Part shown: positions 25,088 to 39,060 of the stretch, piece by piece | Numbering within the stretch: the first letter of the stretch is position 1 | Layout: each line of letters starts with the position of its first letter | From: Eledone cirrhosa | Taxonomy: Eukaryota | Direction of reading: 5' to 3' | NCBI GenBank assembly: GCA_964016885.1 | Contig: OZ024740.1 | Span: 300,018,001-300,082,000, forward strand | DNA length: 64,000 bases | Program-made: the position numbers and the translations under genes | The notes under the pieces: model-generated | Told to the model about the DNA's origin: nothing | The model's input: only the letters and a program-made list of their open reading frames with translations | Databases searched by the model: none

Positions 25088-25181
25088 ATTTCAGCAAACA
25101 GGAGGAGGAGTTGGCTTTGATAAGCATCAATAAATGCGAAACAAGGCCTTGTCAGCTTTATCTCCCCCTGTTTGCTGAAAT
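25088..25181 (+). ncRNA. Hammerhead ribozyme, U3-A8 core variant with long extended stem I
   Basis: atttcagcaaacagg..ggct-TTGATAA-gcat(caataa)atgc-GAAA-caaggccttg-TC-agct..cctgtttgctgaaat; GUC triplet, palindromic stem III. Confidence 0.85.
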
Positions 25182-25345
25182 TAAAGTAAGTGAGTCTGTC
25201 ACTACTCTAAAACAATAGCATAAGGTCTTCGAAATGCTTTTAATTAAGCATACAGTGTATTGCAAAATACATTATATATACATTCATATATATATATATA
25301 CATATATATATATATGTGTGTGTGTGTGTGTCTGTGTGTATATAT

Positions 25346-25385
25346 TACTATACCTCCCGTCATTTTGACGGGTACTACTTTAGTA
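25346..25385 (+). mobile_element. Helitron-like 3' terminus
   Basis: Hairpin cccgtca-tt-tgacggg followed ~9 nt later by a CTAG-like end (ttag|t); a similar end lies at 60630-60660. Confidence 0.45.
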
Positions 25386-25871
25386 TATATAAAAATTATT
25401 TCGCTTTAGAATATTTGATAAATCCATCTACCATCTTTCTTTCTATTGAATTAGAAGTAAAACTCTCAACATAGGGCTTCAAACACTCTTTGTTTCTTCG
25501 TTTTTCATTCTTTCTATCATATTTGCTTATTGCATTGATTAATTTAGTATCGTCCGTCTATACATATTTATTCCTCAAGATGGTTGTTTTCTTGAAATAT
25601 AATACTGGTATATGATATACACACAGGAATGCGAATGTATATAAATATGTATGCATAATTCAACGTGCGTTTATCTGTATGTGTTTCCGTATGTTTACAT
25701 AGTTTCACAGACGAACAGGTGATTAAGCAAAGTGAACGAGCGAAAAACGAAGGAAAGTATATAATGAGACAAAGAGATAAAGATAGGGAGAAATCGAGAG
25801 ATAATATAAATAAATAGATTCATTTTAGGAGCGAGAAAAATTAAAATGTAAAAGCGATGTGCCTAGAGAGA

Positions 25872-25926
<55 letters not shown>

Positions 25927-26670
25927 GAGAGAGAGAGAGCGAGAGAGAGAGAGAGAGATAGATAGTCTGTATGTAAAGAGGAGAGGGAGATAGATGGTAT
26001 TTGTGCGACAGAGAGATAGAGAGAGTTAAGAGAGAGTAGTGTTAACAGGTAAAGGGAAGGCTGGACAGATACAATACGAGGAATATATAGTCCGATTAAA
26101 ATATCACCAGAGAGAGTAGCTAAGCAACTAATTATTTTTAGAACTGAAGAGAAATGAAATTCTTTAGGTAAAACATTCTAAGGAATATAAACGTCCATTT
26201 TGCTTTCTACAGAGATTCTTTTTATAAGTAGTGTCTATTGTATTGGGAATGTTTACACAATTATACCTATCTATTAAAAAGGCGATGTTTTGTTAAAGAA
26301 TGAATGACAGTACAATAAAGAAGGTAAACGTGTGTATTTGAAATAGAAATACATCTAAATAGTGTCTGAATATATTACATAAAGAATGCATCTCTGTAGA
26401 CTAATATAAAGACGGATATTTACATATGAATTTAAAATAATTCGAGTAACTGTCCACTATGAACGTTTTGAGGAGAATTTTACGTAAGTCTAGTATGAGA
26501 TCATGAAAAATAATTTATTTTAGATCAGGAATCTTTACTATTCTTCAGATTTGCATTGTTGCTTGGCGAAATCACGGAGAAGTTAAGGTTTGCTACTAAT
26601 TGCCCCGTGCCCCCTTTTCTCTCTCAGTTCACATCGCATCGAAACAACTCTGTTTTTCGTCAATTCGGGA

Positions 26671-26719
<49 letters not shown>

Positions 26720-26754
26720 GTCTCCCCCTCTCTCATACGCTCTCTCTTTTTCTC

Positions 26755-26810
<56 letters not shown>

Positions 26811-27651
26811 AACGAACAATCAGTGGTGCATTTGGACTCAGTTTATTGCGTGTTACAATTGTTTCGCCGGCATGTAGATCGATACATGATCACTGTATGT
26901 GTCTGGCTGATTCTACGGCTGCAGGTTCCTTCGGACACGGGTAGTTCGTTCGGAGCAAAACTAGGGTGTTATCGTAAAAAAACGCCTTCAAAAAACATCT
27001 TCCACTCTTGTCATGCCATTGGCTGTTGTTATTCTACGTCATCTTAAGTTCTGGTCACTATTTACTGCTACACGGGTCATCAGCCATTTTCCGTCCGACA
27101 CACTTCAATGGAGTCGTGCTGGGTTCGGTATCTCACACGTCTGTTTACACTCCATAGTATGTACCCGCACATACACACACACATATATACACACACACGG
27201 GCAGGCACAGACACATGCGTCATACACATATATACGCATACATGCGTATGTATTAAGTATTGGTGCTCTGAGATAAATATGTATACATGATTGTACGTAT
27301 AGTATAATTGGTAATATACTATATGTTTAATTAAAAACAATTTGACGATGACTCTTTATGAGTTTAAAAGAAGTGACTATGTCACTTACTTATTATCAGC
27401 AAAAGCAAAGAATAGTGATCGATTGTCCTGTTTCTCGCTCGTTAGGGTTTATGAAGACCACTAATAGCGAATGATCTTTAAAATGTTTTTCATTAAACAT
27501 ACAGTATATTGCCAGATATACTATACATACATTCATGTATACATCGCTATTTCATACTAATACTAATACCTAATTTTTGCTGCACCGGCAACCTCTTTGT
27601 TTAATCAGTTCTTAAATATTAATGGAATTCTATAAGAATCCAGCTTCTGTA

Positions 27652-27744
27652 ATTCTCGGCGGAAGCAAAGGAGTGAGTAGTCTTGAGAAACGCTAACGTG
27701 AGTAAAATGTCTTTCAATCTATCTTCTTTGCTTTTGCCGGGAAT
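27652..27744 (+). ncRNA. Degenerate homolog of the 25088-25181 hammerhead
   Basis: Homologous flanks (ccggcaac...gaattctataagaa / aagtaagtga..cactact); long stem kept with different sequence; TTGAGAA core, GAAA lost. Confidence 0.5.
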
Positions 27745-28063
27745 AAGTAAGTGATTTAATCAAATCACTACTTTAAAACTCATAGCGAATGATCTTCAAA
27801 ATGTTTTTAATTAAACATACGGTATATTGCCAATTATACTATACATACTATACATCAATATATATATATATATATAGTATAAAGAACGAGGAATGAGTAA
27901 TGCATCAGACTACAATTTATTAACCTATTACATATGTTTCTCCGTCGAGCAGCTCGAGGCAGGATCTGTTACAGATCGAGTGCTCAACCGGCATACCGCC
28001 TACGGACGCATTTCCCTACAACCCTACATCAACTATGTATATATATATATATATATATATACC

Positions 28064-28196
<133 letters not shown>

Positions 28197-30021
28197 GCTG
28201 AATTGGTTATATATATATAAAGAATTAATTCATCGTTGTGGATGGAGGGAATTGTTTGGAAGATTAGTCTTGTTTCATTTCTGTATACACCTGCGATTTA
28301 GCTGGTAGCAACTTGCATCTAAAGTTTCTTTTCCTCTGGCTGACGTGGTGAAGTACGAATTGTTGGCTTAGGCGACGTTTGTATTTCGACACAAATATCT
28401 GTTGGGTTGTGTTGATTTGGTGGAAGACATTCCATGTGCATATACATGACCTAACTGGCGTACAAAATTATCATATTAGTGAATATCTAATGTTGCTCCC
28501 TTTAATGTTTCTCCAACTTTGATGTGTTGAAATGCTAAACTCACATCAAAACAATTTAACTTACATTGAGAAAATTACATGTTGATACAATTTTTCCAGC
28601 CGCATTAGTTTCATTCAGTGAAATATTATTCCTTTACATAATATGAAATATCATATTCACTGTCTTCAGATTCAGTGAAAGGTCTCCGAAGTATAATGTC
28701 ATTTAGCATAGGGAAATGATTACAAAATATGTATAAATATTCGTACCGTAATTTTATTTCCAATATTTTTGGTAATAATAAAATTGTGGTCCATCAGCTC
28801 TAAATTTCATGTGATTTGTTCTACCATAATTAAGTGCATCTAGAGCCTATTTACTAGAAGCAATTATAGTGAGCTAATGGAAAATTCAGGGGAATTCAAA
28901 CCTTTATTGCAATTTCAGCTATCTGGGAATTTAATATCATTATATGTTAGTCGTACAATATTTTTATACCCTTCAACAATTTTCATAATAATTGATGCAG
29001 AAGTGAAACTTATAATCTTCTTCTTAATACATTATACCGATGCCTACAGAATAATCTAATATTTTTTCGAGAAGGGACAATGTTACGTATACTTTTGACG
29101 CATAATTTCCATAATTAAAAATAAGACCGCCAGGGAAAATAAATTAATCGGAAATATAAACAATGTGGATAATTAAGTTATAGAGGGATTTACTGAATGC
29201 TATACGAAATAAATATTTTTCTTTATTGAAATTCCCTTCTAATTGGGAGTAATAAAACTATAAACTAACGGCAACGGTTAAGGACTTCAGGAGAAAATGG
29301 GAAACAATTTACTGAAATGATGAATGAATTTCTACCGATTAAGATTATGATATTGTGTCGAAATATTAGTAAGATATACGAAACGGTCTTTCGAAAAAGT
29401 ATGCAACCTTTGGCAGGGAAATCAATAGGCAGTGTTTAGAAAGAAACAGGTATAAAAGATTCGTGTGGGCAGACTAGTCTCCACGAGGGCATCTTCATTT
29501 TCGGAGAAAATAGCTTGGTATATGAGCGAAACGTCTTTCGTTGAGAAGGAACATTGAATCAGCTGAGATGAACGGGATGTAGCTTCATGATGATGCAGTT
29601 TTCACTTTGCGAGGTCAACAGATTCAGCTTCTCTTGACAGACTGCAAAAGGAAGACGTCGGAAGGGGTTCTGATAGTATTCGTCTGAAGATGTTTTCATT
29701 TATGGTTCCTATGTATGATGCACCAGTCACTGAAGAATAAGAAAACACTCAGGATCACCTTGATTTTCCACCAGAACTAACAGGCCTGGACTTTGCCGCT
29801 TATGACGGATACTTCCACGGAAATGATTGAGTTTAGTTTCCAGAATGTACACTTTTATCCTTATTTCATCTGCATTTATTACCATAAGCAGGAGCTCAGT
29901 ATTCTTGTAGGTTGTATCGAGCGAAATGAATGTATGACGAGTAAATAGTACAGCACCTCACACGCTGGGTGTCTGACGCCGTTGACGCATCCAGCAAGCT
30001 CAAGCCATAACTGATTGTATA

Positions 30022-30632
30022 CATGGTGGCTGCCAACTCGTTTTCGAGTACGGCCACTACTTTATATCCATGTAGGATAACCCCTACCGATGCGCTGAAC
30101 GAGTGTGACTTTTCAGTCTGGCCAGCGACTTGAAAACTTTGGTACAAACACTACACTTGTGACAATTATTGACACATAGTGCTGGGCCCATGGTACCATG
30201 TGACGACAAGTGCAGAGAGATCTCCAGATATAAAGCAATGCCTGTGCCGTGAAGCTTTTATAGTGAGCAAAGGCACTGCACAAAGCCATTCCCACTCTCT
30301 TAACCAAGATGATATTTACCAAAAAGAAGAACAAGTCAACATCATTGTATATCATCAGGGTTGCAGGTGTTATATCAGAGTTTTCCTTCTCCTAGAATTC
30401 TGCCTTGACAAAGGCTAAGGGGTCATCTCTCCCAGTGATTTTGGATGGCCATTGACTCTTAAGAGTTCCTTTGCCCTTTGACAGGTTTTGTTTTTAGTCC
30501 TGCAGGATGTCCAAAGTCACCCTCCTCACCAAGAAACCTTGGTGGGGTTGCCAGTTTAGTCGCCAACGACCCGACCATGGGACAGGTTGTACTGGGATAC
30601 ATGTTACCAGTAGCACCAACTGGTGACCTGAC
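30022..30632 (-). mobile_element. Bipartite RTE-derived element, copy 3 (complete)
   Basis: Reverse complement of 14611-15220. Confidence 0.8.
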
Positions 30633-30690
30633 ATACATACATACGTACATACATACATACCCCCCCCCATATATATATATATATATAAGA

Positions 30691-30815
30691 AGTTCCACAA
30701 CAGTTCACCATACTGAGAACAAATATTTCACCTTATGCGGATCCTAGACCAAGCTGAGGATCCGCAGATGGTGAAACATTTGTTATCGGTATGGAGAACT
30801 AAGTGTTGTGGAACT
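30691..30815. repeat. ~125-bp imperfect palindrome
   Basis: agttccacaaca...tgcggatcct pairs with aggatccgca...tgttgtggaact. Confidence 0.75.
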
Positions 30816-32309
30816 AAATCTACCAAACTCGTATCATGGACTGAGTGCTCTAATACTACGGATATAAGCCTCCAGTGTTCTACTATTATATATCTATATA
30901 TATGTGTGTGTGCCTCTGTGTGTCTGGGTTTATGTGTATATATATATATATGTGTTCTCTGTAATATGGAACTTTTCCAAATTTTAGATTACAACAAAAT
31001 TCTTCTTAACAGTAAAATTGAAAAAACTATTTTTTGTCGACATAATTCGGCGACTAAATTTAAGAACTTTAGACCAGCTTTATTCCAACTTATCTATTCC
31101 ATAACCCGGTTTGTACCACTTGGATCTATTATGATATTACATTATCAACATCATCATCATTATAATTATAATTATAATTATAATTGTCATCATCTATCAA
31201 AGTACAACATCACAACCTCTTATATTTACATTCTTATTTTATATATCTCTATTTTTCACTCTTTATCTTCCTATTTCTCTCCCTAAATTTATTTAATCTG
31301 TCATTTTATTTTATCATATAATATAACTTAAAACTAATTAATTATCTTATTTATTAAAATAACCAATACACACATAAATATATGTAACATTATCATATTT
31401 TCACCATTTTTTCATATATTTCTTATATATCTATTTTTATTTTTATTTACATTTATTCATGTATTAACGTTTATTCATTTATTTGTCCCTCTATTCTTCT
31501 CTCTATCCTGCGTTATTTTTACTTATGTTTGTCTCTCCTCTATCTGCCATCATATTCTATATATCTTCCTCTCTTTATATTTCTATCTATAATAATTTCT
31601 CCTTTTCTTCTTCTTTCTCTTTTTCTTTTTCCTTCTTCCTCTTTCTCCTTCCTTTCCTTTCTTTCTTTACTGTATCTATCTCCCTTTCTTCCTCCTTTTC
31701 TCTATATTTTTATTATTAATATTATTATTGATGATGTATTTTAAATTTGTAATTTTGCTGGTTACATATATATTCTTTTAACAATTTCTGAAGATCTAAT
31801 AGAGTTAACATCGTATTTAAAATTAAGTGGCAGTGCTTTTAGTGTTCAGCAATTTTTAGACAACTCTATGAGTGAAACAATTGTTAGACTGAAAATAAAT
31901 CCCCTTTTTTGTACTGTTGACCATGTTATTCTCCACGTTTTCACTTGCATATATATATAACGAAGGAAATGTGGTAAGGAACCAGGTGGACCATAACGCA
32001 CCAAAGTACTCAATACTTAGGGTAGTAGAGTAATTCTTTTTTTCTCTCTCAGTACTTTTTATAGTTTTACCCTTCATTGTTCTACTTACCGTTTCGACTC
32101 CCCCCCCCCCCCCCAGTATCCTCTTTGACCTCACGCCCAGCTGTAGCCGGCACTACCAACGCATGAATGGGTCTACTCCACCTCCTCTCCCTTTTTCTCC
32201 TACCGGCAGGTTTAGCTACCCCTTCCACATCAATTTGCCATCACAGATTTACTACTAACTTGTGATATGACCAATCCTGGTGATTATATCTTTGACCATA
32301 TATGGAATT

Positions 32310-32403
32310 ACCCCTTGATAAGCTCGGCTATTTAAATACCAGAATAAATTTCCATTCAGTCCAGAATTAGCCGTCGAAACGGCTTGAGCTCAGCCGTCGG
32401 GGT
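32310..32403 (+). ncRNA. Hammerhead ribozyme, U3-A8 core variant with stable stem III
   Basis: acccc-TTGATAA-gctcggcta...tagccgtc-GAAA-cggct(tgagctc)agccg-TC-ggggt. Confidence 0.85.
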
Positions 32404-32453
32404 CTTACTTGTTCCTATATATATATATATATATGTTTATATACGTATGTTTA

Positions 32454-32585
<132 letters not shown>

Positions 32586-34229
32586 CGGAGAGTACCTCTA
32601 CATTTATAATAATGTTTATTTAAACTATATCATATATCATGAAGGTGACGGTGATGTATTTTAAATGGCTGCAGTTTACTAATCGTATAGCTCAAAATTG
32701 TTATGGTTACACTTGATGCATTGTAATACGAATGTAGCTATATTTGTCATACTTAAATGTTAATTACAAACATTACAAATGCATTAATTTGTAAAATTGA
32801 TGCTTTCTTCAGAAGGTTTAATATTTTCAGTAATTAGTCTTATTTTTTAAACATGGTGCCGAAATTCCTGCAAACATAAATTAATAAATATGATGAATAT
32901 AAATAACAAAAAATGTGAAACAAAATATTCTAAATCTAAAAGACAATACTGAATTAATAACTAAAACGTAAGATAATGAAAAAAATAAACATCTAAAATG
33001 AAAAAGAATGAATGAAATAAAAGAGACAAAAGACTATGTTGTGAAAGAATGGAAGAAAAATGAAAATCATTTAGGGAATTAATTATATGGCATACATAAT
33101 AAACAATTGTTGTTTGTTATGTATAATTATCGTGAAATTTACACACGAACAAAAATTGATGAGTAATCCAACATTGTTTTTTATAGTATCTTTGAAACAT
33201 TTTATTCTTTTCAAGTTGTGTTAATTCAACATAAAAACATCAACAATTGCGAAAAACTGTGTTACACATCAGTAATTCTTTTTCTCCCGACATAATGGAA
33301 AATTAAATTGAAATTTTCTTCCTTGACGATGTACCAAGAGTTCACAGAACCTTCTCATAGATTTTGCATCGTATCCCTCACATGTCTAATATGTAATTCA
33401 ATTCCATAAATTTTAATCATTACGCTGAATTTTAAAATTTATTTTCTGCTAATAATTACACACTATTCTTATATACAAACTCACTAATTTTCTGATTGAA
33501 AAAGAACATGTTTTCACTCTACGAGACAACTATTGGTGTTAAGGGAAGGACATATTTGAAACTAATATATAATTGCGTGAGTAATTAACGCAACAGATTC
33601 CAATATTTTACATTAATAAATGGACGCAATACCATATTACTTTTATATAGTTCAAATAATCATGCACAAATTTCTAATGCAATTTTAGGCATACATTTTT
33701 GTTGCATTATCGTTTCAGGTGTGCTTTATTTGAGGAATAATTTCTTTGTCTCGTTTGATACTTATGCATTTTGTCTGTTTGATATGGACATGTCTAATGC
33801 GTACTGTATTATTTTATTAGATTATTGTCTTACGTATTCTTCATGTTGTGCTATGCTTCATAGTATGCTGTGACGATTGTGATGTTTATATACTTATTGT
33901 CTGTGTATTATACCAATTGGTCGCAATTTTGAAGAATATGTTGTGCACGCTGGTGGTTATTTAAGAAGATTACTATGTTATAATACTGAATGGCGTTGGT
34001 TAATGTATGTTGTGAGTTGTGCAATATATGTTCTTTCTGATTTTTGCTCTTGAATCGAATGTAATTTGCGCTGGCTGCAGGCTGTACAATTTAAACTAAG
34101 TGTAGAGATGACCTCTATTCATGATTCTGTTTATCATAGACAGAACTGCAATTATATTATTGTAACTATATTTACTTTAATATTACTCATACTGTACCAC
34201 AAAATATTAACACATACGTAGTTTTTCGA

Positions 34230-37050
34230 AGTCTTTCTGATAATAGATTGGTCAGGAGTGATCGTGATAAGTATCAGGTATTGATATTCTCGTTCCTATC
34301 CTTGGTAATATATTTGGTTTGATAAGCATGGCACAAGTCTTTGTAGTGACATTTTTCTGTACTGTTTTTTTTTGTATATATGTTTTTAACATTAACCTCT
34401 TCCTGTGTAAGTGTCCGCGTATTGCCAAGTAGGTGGGTCTGTTGTGTCTTTGTATGTATTCTGACTTTGAAAGAACTATGCAGCATGTTTCATTATTTCG
34501 GTTTGAAATTAGCTATGCTCATATATTAGACATTAGAACGTGCTTCCGATGACGTGAAGTATTTTGACCCTGTTATAGTGGAAACTCAATGGGATCCATA
34601 TTAAGTGATAATACTATTTTTCGACCCACACTCTTATTTTTAAAATTCTTGATAAATTATTGCGTCGCATGCCATTATTACCAACCTAATATATCGGGTG
34701 TATATATCGGGTCGTCAATAATGGCATATCCTAGTGACATTGTTGATTAGAAGCAACAGAAATGAAGTAGCATACATTGACATTAATATGTTTGTGAGAT
34801 TCTAAATATGCTTCTGATCAATCACGTCACCGGGATATTTTAGAGTGTTTAGAGATTTTCTAATACGTTTATACAAAGATACAAAATAAATAAACTGCTG
34901 CCAGCATTCAGAAAATAGATAGAAATGGGAATTACGTATCAGCCACAATCCTATGAGAGGAACCTATTCGGAAAACAACAGATTACAAGAGGAAGCAACA
35001 TAAGAACAGGCAATGTAAATGTTAATAAATCTGCAAAAGGAAAGTAATGTATTTAACAACCACTGATACAGCCATATTATGGCCACAAGCGAAATGATTT
35101 ATGAGCTCCAATGTCATCACAATGTGCATATTTGAAACAACTTTGAAAATTGTGAGTTTTGGGATTTCAGGTTTTTGAAAATTCCACAGTTTCATTGGAT
35201 CCGTCTACGTAACCTTATGTCTCTGAAGCGTTTTTGTACAATACATATCTATAAAATGTTCCGGAAGCTTTCTACAATTATTGTTCCCGTGAATGCATAT
35301 CAAAGGATCAGCTATATCTAGATCAATGAAAGTATATAAATAAAGGTATTTTCTTTCGTCCTATAAAAAATATATATAAAGTGTATACTTTTATAATGCA
35401 TATTTTACAACAATTTTATAACAATTTTATAAAAAATATATATAAAGTGTACACTTTTATAATGCATATTTTACAACAATTTTCAGCTACATGCCGGGCA
35501 AGATCAAAGTGACATCCTGAAGATCAGCTAAACTAATACATATACGATTATGTAAACCTGATCTGTATAACGAATGTATTGCAGTTTGTTAGATGTATGT
35601 AATATGAAAGAAAATTGGTAGTATGTTACTGATGACCAAATCAAATGTTATAATGCACTCGAAATATAAGATACAGTGTGATAACTGATAATTGAAGAGA
35701 ATGAGGAAATCCTTGTTACAATATTTAGAGTTTTACGGAGAAGATCTGCTCCTTTGTTATAGAATTAAGTATGGTTTAGTAGAAACCTACTTCTATGTTA
35801 TGGATAACTGTTACGAAACGTATTTCCTATTGTACCAAACATGTCTTCATAATGGAGACTGTATTCTCAGAACCATTTCAAACCTACCTAAAGTTAAAAC
35901 TAACAAAAACTAACGAAGGTTATTCTTTTTTTCGTTCTAAAGTTGTATATATGCATGAGCATCATACTGATGTAAAGATTAAAAACAGATGCTAATGGAT
36001 ATAACATCTAACCTTACGTCATCTGGCAATACATATTTTTAAATATAGAATTTTGTAAATGAAAGAGAAACATATTATTCTTCAAGATGAGGTTCAGAGG
36101 AGTACTATTTTGAAATAATTCGTTTGTAGTCAGTATTGTGTGATGGTTTCTAAAGTGTATATCTATTTCTTAGGTTAGAGCCTTTAATATTATATTAAAG
36201 TGATGATATTTGATTAGTGTCATGTTATAGTTTTTCTCGAATCAGTTTTTCTTCATTTTGTCTCTATTGTTTGGTGATGATATATGTATTTCAGTTCTTT
36301 TTCATTTGCTTCTTTGGATAATCGTTTTCTGCTTCTTGCTGCTGAATTTTATTGATAGATTAGGAGATTGTTTCGTCTGTTAGATTATTTAGTTAATATA
36401 TCATGTTTCTCTAGATTGTAAAGTCTGTATATAGGTTAGTCTCTGTCAAGTTAATAATTGTTGTGCTGTCGGTTTTGCTGGCTAATCTCTATTTTCCGTT
36501 TTGATCATTTTATCTTTTCTCAACATTAATATTTTGTTGATTTTTGTACAGACACAATATGATATATGTTTGGTGTCACAAAAAATATTTAAATTATTGT
36601 TTTTTCTTTACTTTAATGTTTACATTGATTCAACATTTAGGACAATCTACTGTAAGAATCTTTATTTTTTACTGATGTCGGTTTATTGTATCAGATAACA
36701 CTGTAGGTGTGAGCGTTGTCATGCAGCTATTGTTATCTATGTTATTATTTGTTCATCTGATATTTACCATGGACATTTTTTAAAGTAAGTTTACTCCGCT
36801 ATCAGAAATTTATAATCGCCTCATTTTTTTTGAATAAGCATATTTGTTATATATTTATATTGCAGTTTTTCATTGCATCATTCCAGTAATGGCTATATAT
36901 CTCCACTTACCACCTAACATTGCTTGGATTGGGATGGTGATTTCCTTCTATATATATTTCGAAACAGGTGTGGCTACGCGTGCTTCCATTTCGGCTTTTT
37001 TTCTGTTGTAGAATTCATGTTTATGCAATCTTACTTAAACGTTCATCTTA
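34230..37050 (-). pseudogene. Possible very decayed Penelope-like coding remnants (two patches, ~34230-34500 and ~36000-37050)
   Basis: Strong strand A/T skew and weak motifs (SFKVRIH; SKTDSTTIIN-like); not firmly alignable by eye. Confidence 0.3.
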
Positions 37051-37124
37051 AATATTTTCTTTGTTATAGATGGCTTTATTTTACATTATAAACTATGAAT
37101 TTATATTGTTAATTAAATACCATA

Positions 37125-37167
37125 CGGCGTGTTTTTGATTCTCTGTACATCTCCCCCCCCCCCTCTC

Positions 37168-37258
<91 letters not shown>

Positions 37259-37295
37259 GGGGGGGGGGGATGTACAGAAAATCAAAAACACGCCG
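37125..37295. repeat. Palindrome with nested C/(CT)n/(AT)n/(AG)n/G centre
   Basis: cggcgtgtttttgattctctgtacatc pairs with gatgtacagaaaatcaaaaacacgccg, and the microsatellites between them are also self-complementary. Confidence 0.85.
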
Positions 37296-37987
37296 AGATT
37301 GCATTCGTTAGCTTGGCTGCAACCAGAACTTCGATGATGCTGTACTAAACTTTGTATTATTATCTCCTAGATTTAACGATTAATTGATTAATTTAATTAG
37401 ACAGTGCTATTGATTGATTCATTGTTTATGTTTGTTTGATAACTTCTAGTTGAGTGCTTAATTCGGTTTGTGTAAAGGAATTTTATTCCTTTATTCCAAA
37501 TTTGAATTAAACGCCAAGACCGGGGGTTACCTCCCTTCGGGAAAACCATGTGCCTTTTAACAGTGCTTACTGGAAGCATTTACACCAGGGTGGACGAGAA
37601 CGAAAAACATGTTGACGAAGTAAATTCCGTGTTCTATCTTCCAAAACCATTAACTTGAAGACAACTGCAAGTGGATTTTGTCGATTTGGGATTTACAGAA
37701 ACCTAGCGGAGATATTATATATTATATGTGATGTATATTATATGGTATATATCATGTGTTGTGTATGATGTCGACGCCACGGACCAGGTTAGCCAAATTT
37801 TATCCTGAGTTCAGTTTTTTTCGTCGCTATGGTCACTGCGACCCGTATATCGGTCGCTGTCGTCAATTAGCAAAGCTGTCTAAACTGCTATAACTCTAGG
37901 GTAATATACCTTAGTGAGTGCTTAGCTGCCAACCGAGTTTGCATTCGTTAGCTTGGCTGCAATCAGAGCTTCCATGATGCTGTACTA

Positions 37988-38019
<32 letters not shown>

Positions 38020-38035
<16 letters not shown>

Positions 38036-38200
38036 GAGAATATCTGCCTGTCTGTCTGACTCCCTAAAACTCAAGAACCAGCCAACAGCTTTTTTTCAAA
38101 CTTTACACGTGTAATACTTAGGGTCGTGTAAGTTTTAGAGCATACAAGATTTCAAATGTTCAATAGCCCTAAGGACCGCTTTAGGCGCCGGTTAGCGATC
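38020..38200 (+). mobile_element. Non-autonomous Helitron-like 5' end
   Basis: tatatataaaa...(tctg)n microsatellite...aaactttacac layout typical of invertebrate Helitron-N/HINE elements. Confidence 0.45.
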
Positions 38201-38296
38201 TCTCTGTCTTTTTTAGTCTGTCTTCTTAGATAGATACATAGCTATAGAATCGCTCCCGTATAATAGCTGTCTGGATTATGACATTATGACACTATC

Positions 38297-38350
<54 letters not shown>

Positions 38351-38374
38351 TGCTACTGTATGTATATATGTATA

Positions 38375-38459
<85 letters not shown>

Positions 38460-38466
<7 letters not shown>

Positions 38467-38911
38467 TGCTACTCTACGTCTGTATACATATATGCATGTA
38501 CGTATACATACATACTTACATTTAAGTAAGTGCCATACAACGAGTGAGAAATGAAATTTCGTTTTCATATGTTTTCAACTTATCGTTTTCTGTATGCCTG
38601 ACCGATTTAACTCACTCAATATGCAAATTAGGCTGCTCAGCAGTTAATTTTACTAAGGAAAGTATATACTTTCGAACGTTCAACTATCTGGCAGATGGCT
38701 AAACGGTGCTGATGATAGCTAACAAGCTTGAAACTAGTTCATCGTTCCTGTGTCAGTGTTGAACAAAAAGGTGACGTGGTTGCCTTAACACCGTATGGCA
38801 TAAATTCAGGCTGTTCAGTTTGTTTACAAACGAACAAAGCGGCGTTATAATAAGCGTCCGCTAAACTGATGCGTGCATATATGTATGTGTACCTGTATGT
38901 ATATATGTATA

Positions 38912-38942
<31 letters not shown>

Positions 38943-39060
38943 GCATGCTACTGTACGTATGTATACATATATGTATGTACGTATACATACATACTTACAT
39001 TTAAGTAAGTGCCATACAAAGAGTGAGAAATGAAATTTCGTTTTCATATTTTTTCAACTT
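38460..39060 (+). repeat. 437-bp family locus (~1.25 units; period lengthened to ~480 bp by microsatellite)
   Basis: gagtgagaaatgaaatttcg at 38542 and 39021; octamer at 38621. Confidence 0.8.
38702..38746 (+). ncRNA. Type I minimal hammerhead ribozyme (437-bp family)
   Basis: aacggtg-CTGATGA-tagct(aaca)agctt-GAAA-ctag-TT-catcgtt; 7-bp stem I. Confidence 0.82.

Noticed and set aside
29340-29900. Possible Tc1/mariner transposase remnant
   Set aside because: Only faint similarity to the SPDLAP.D motif; no ORF or TIRs found
35363-35483. ~55-bp local tandem duplication (similar case at 47210-47355)
   Set aside because: Ordinary slippage duplication with no spacer structure, so not CRISPR-like
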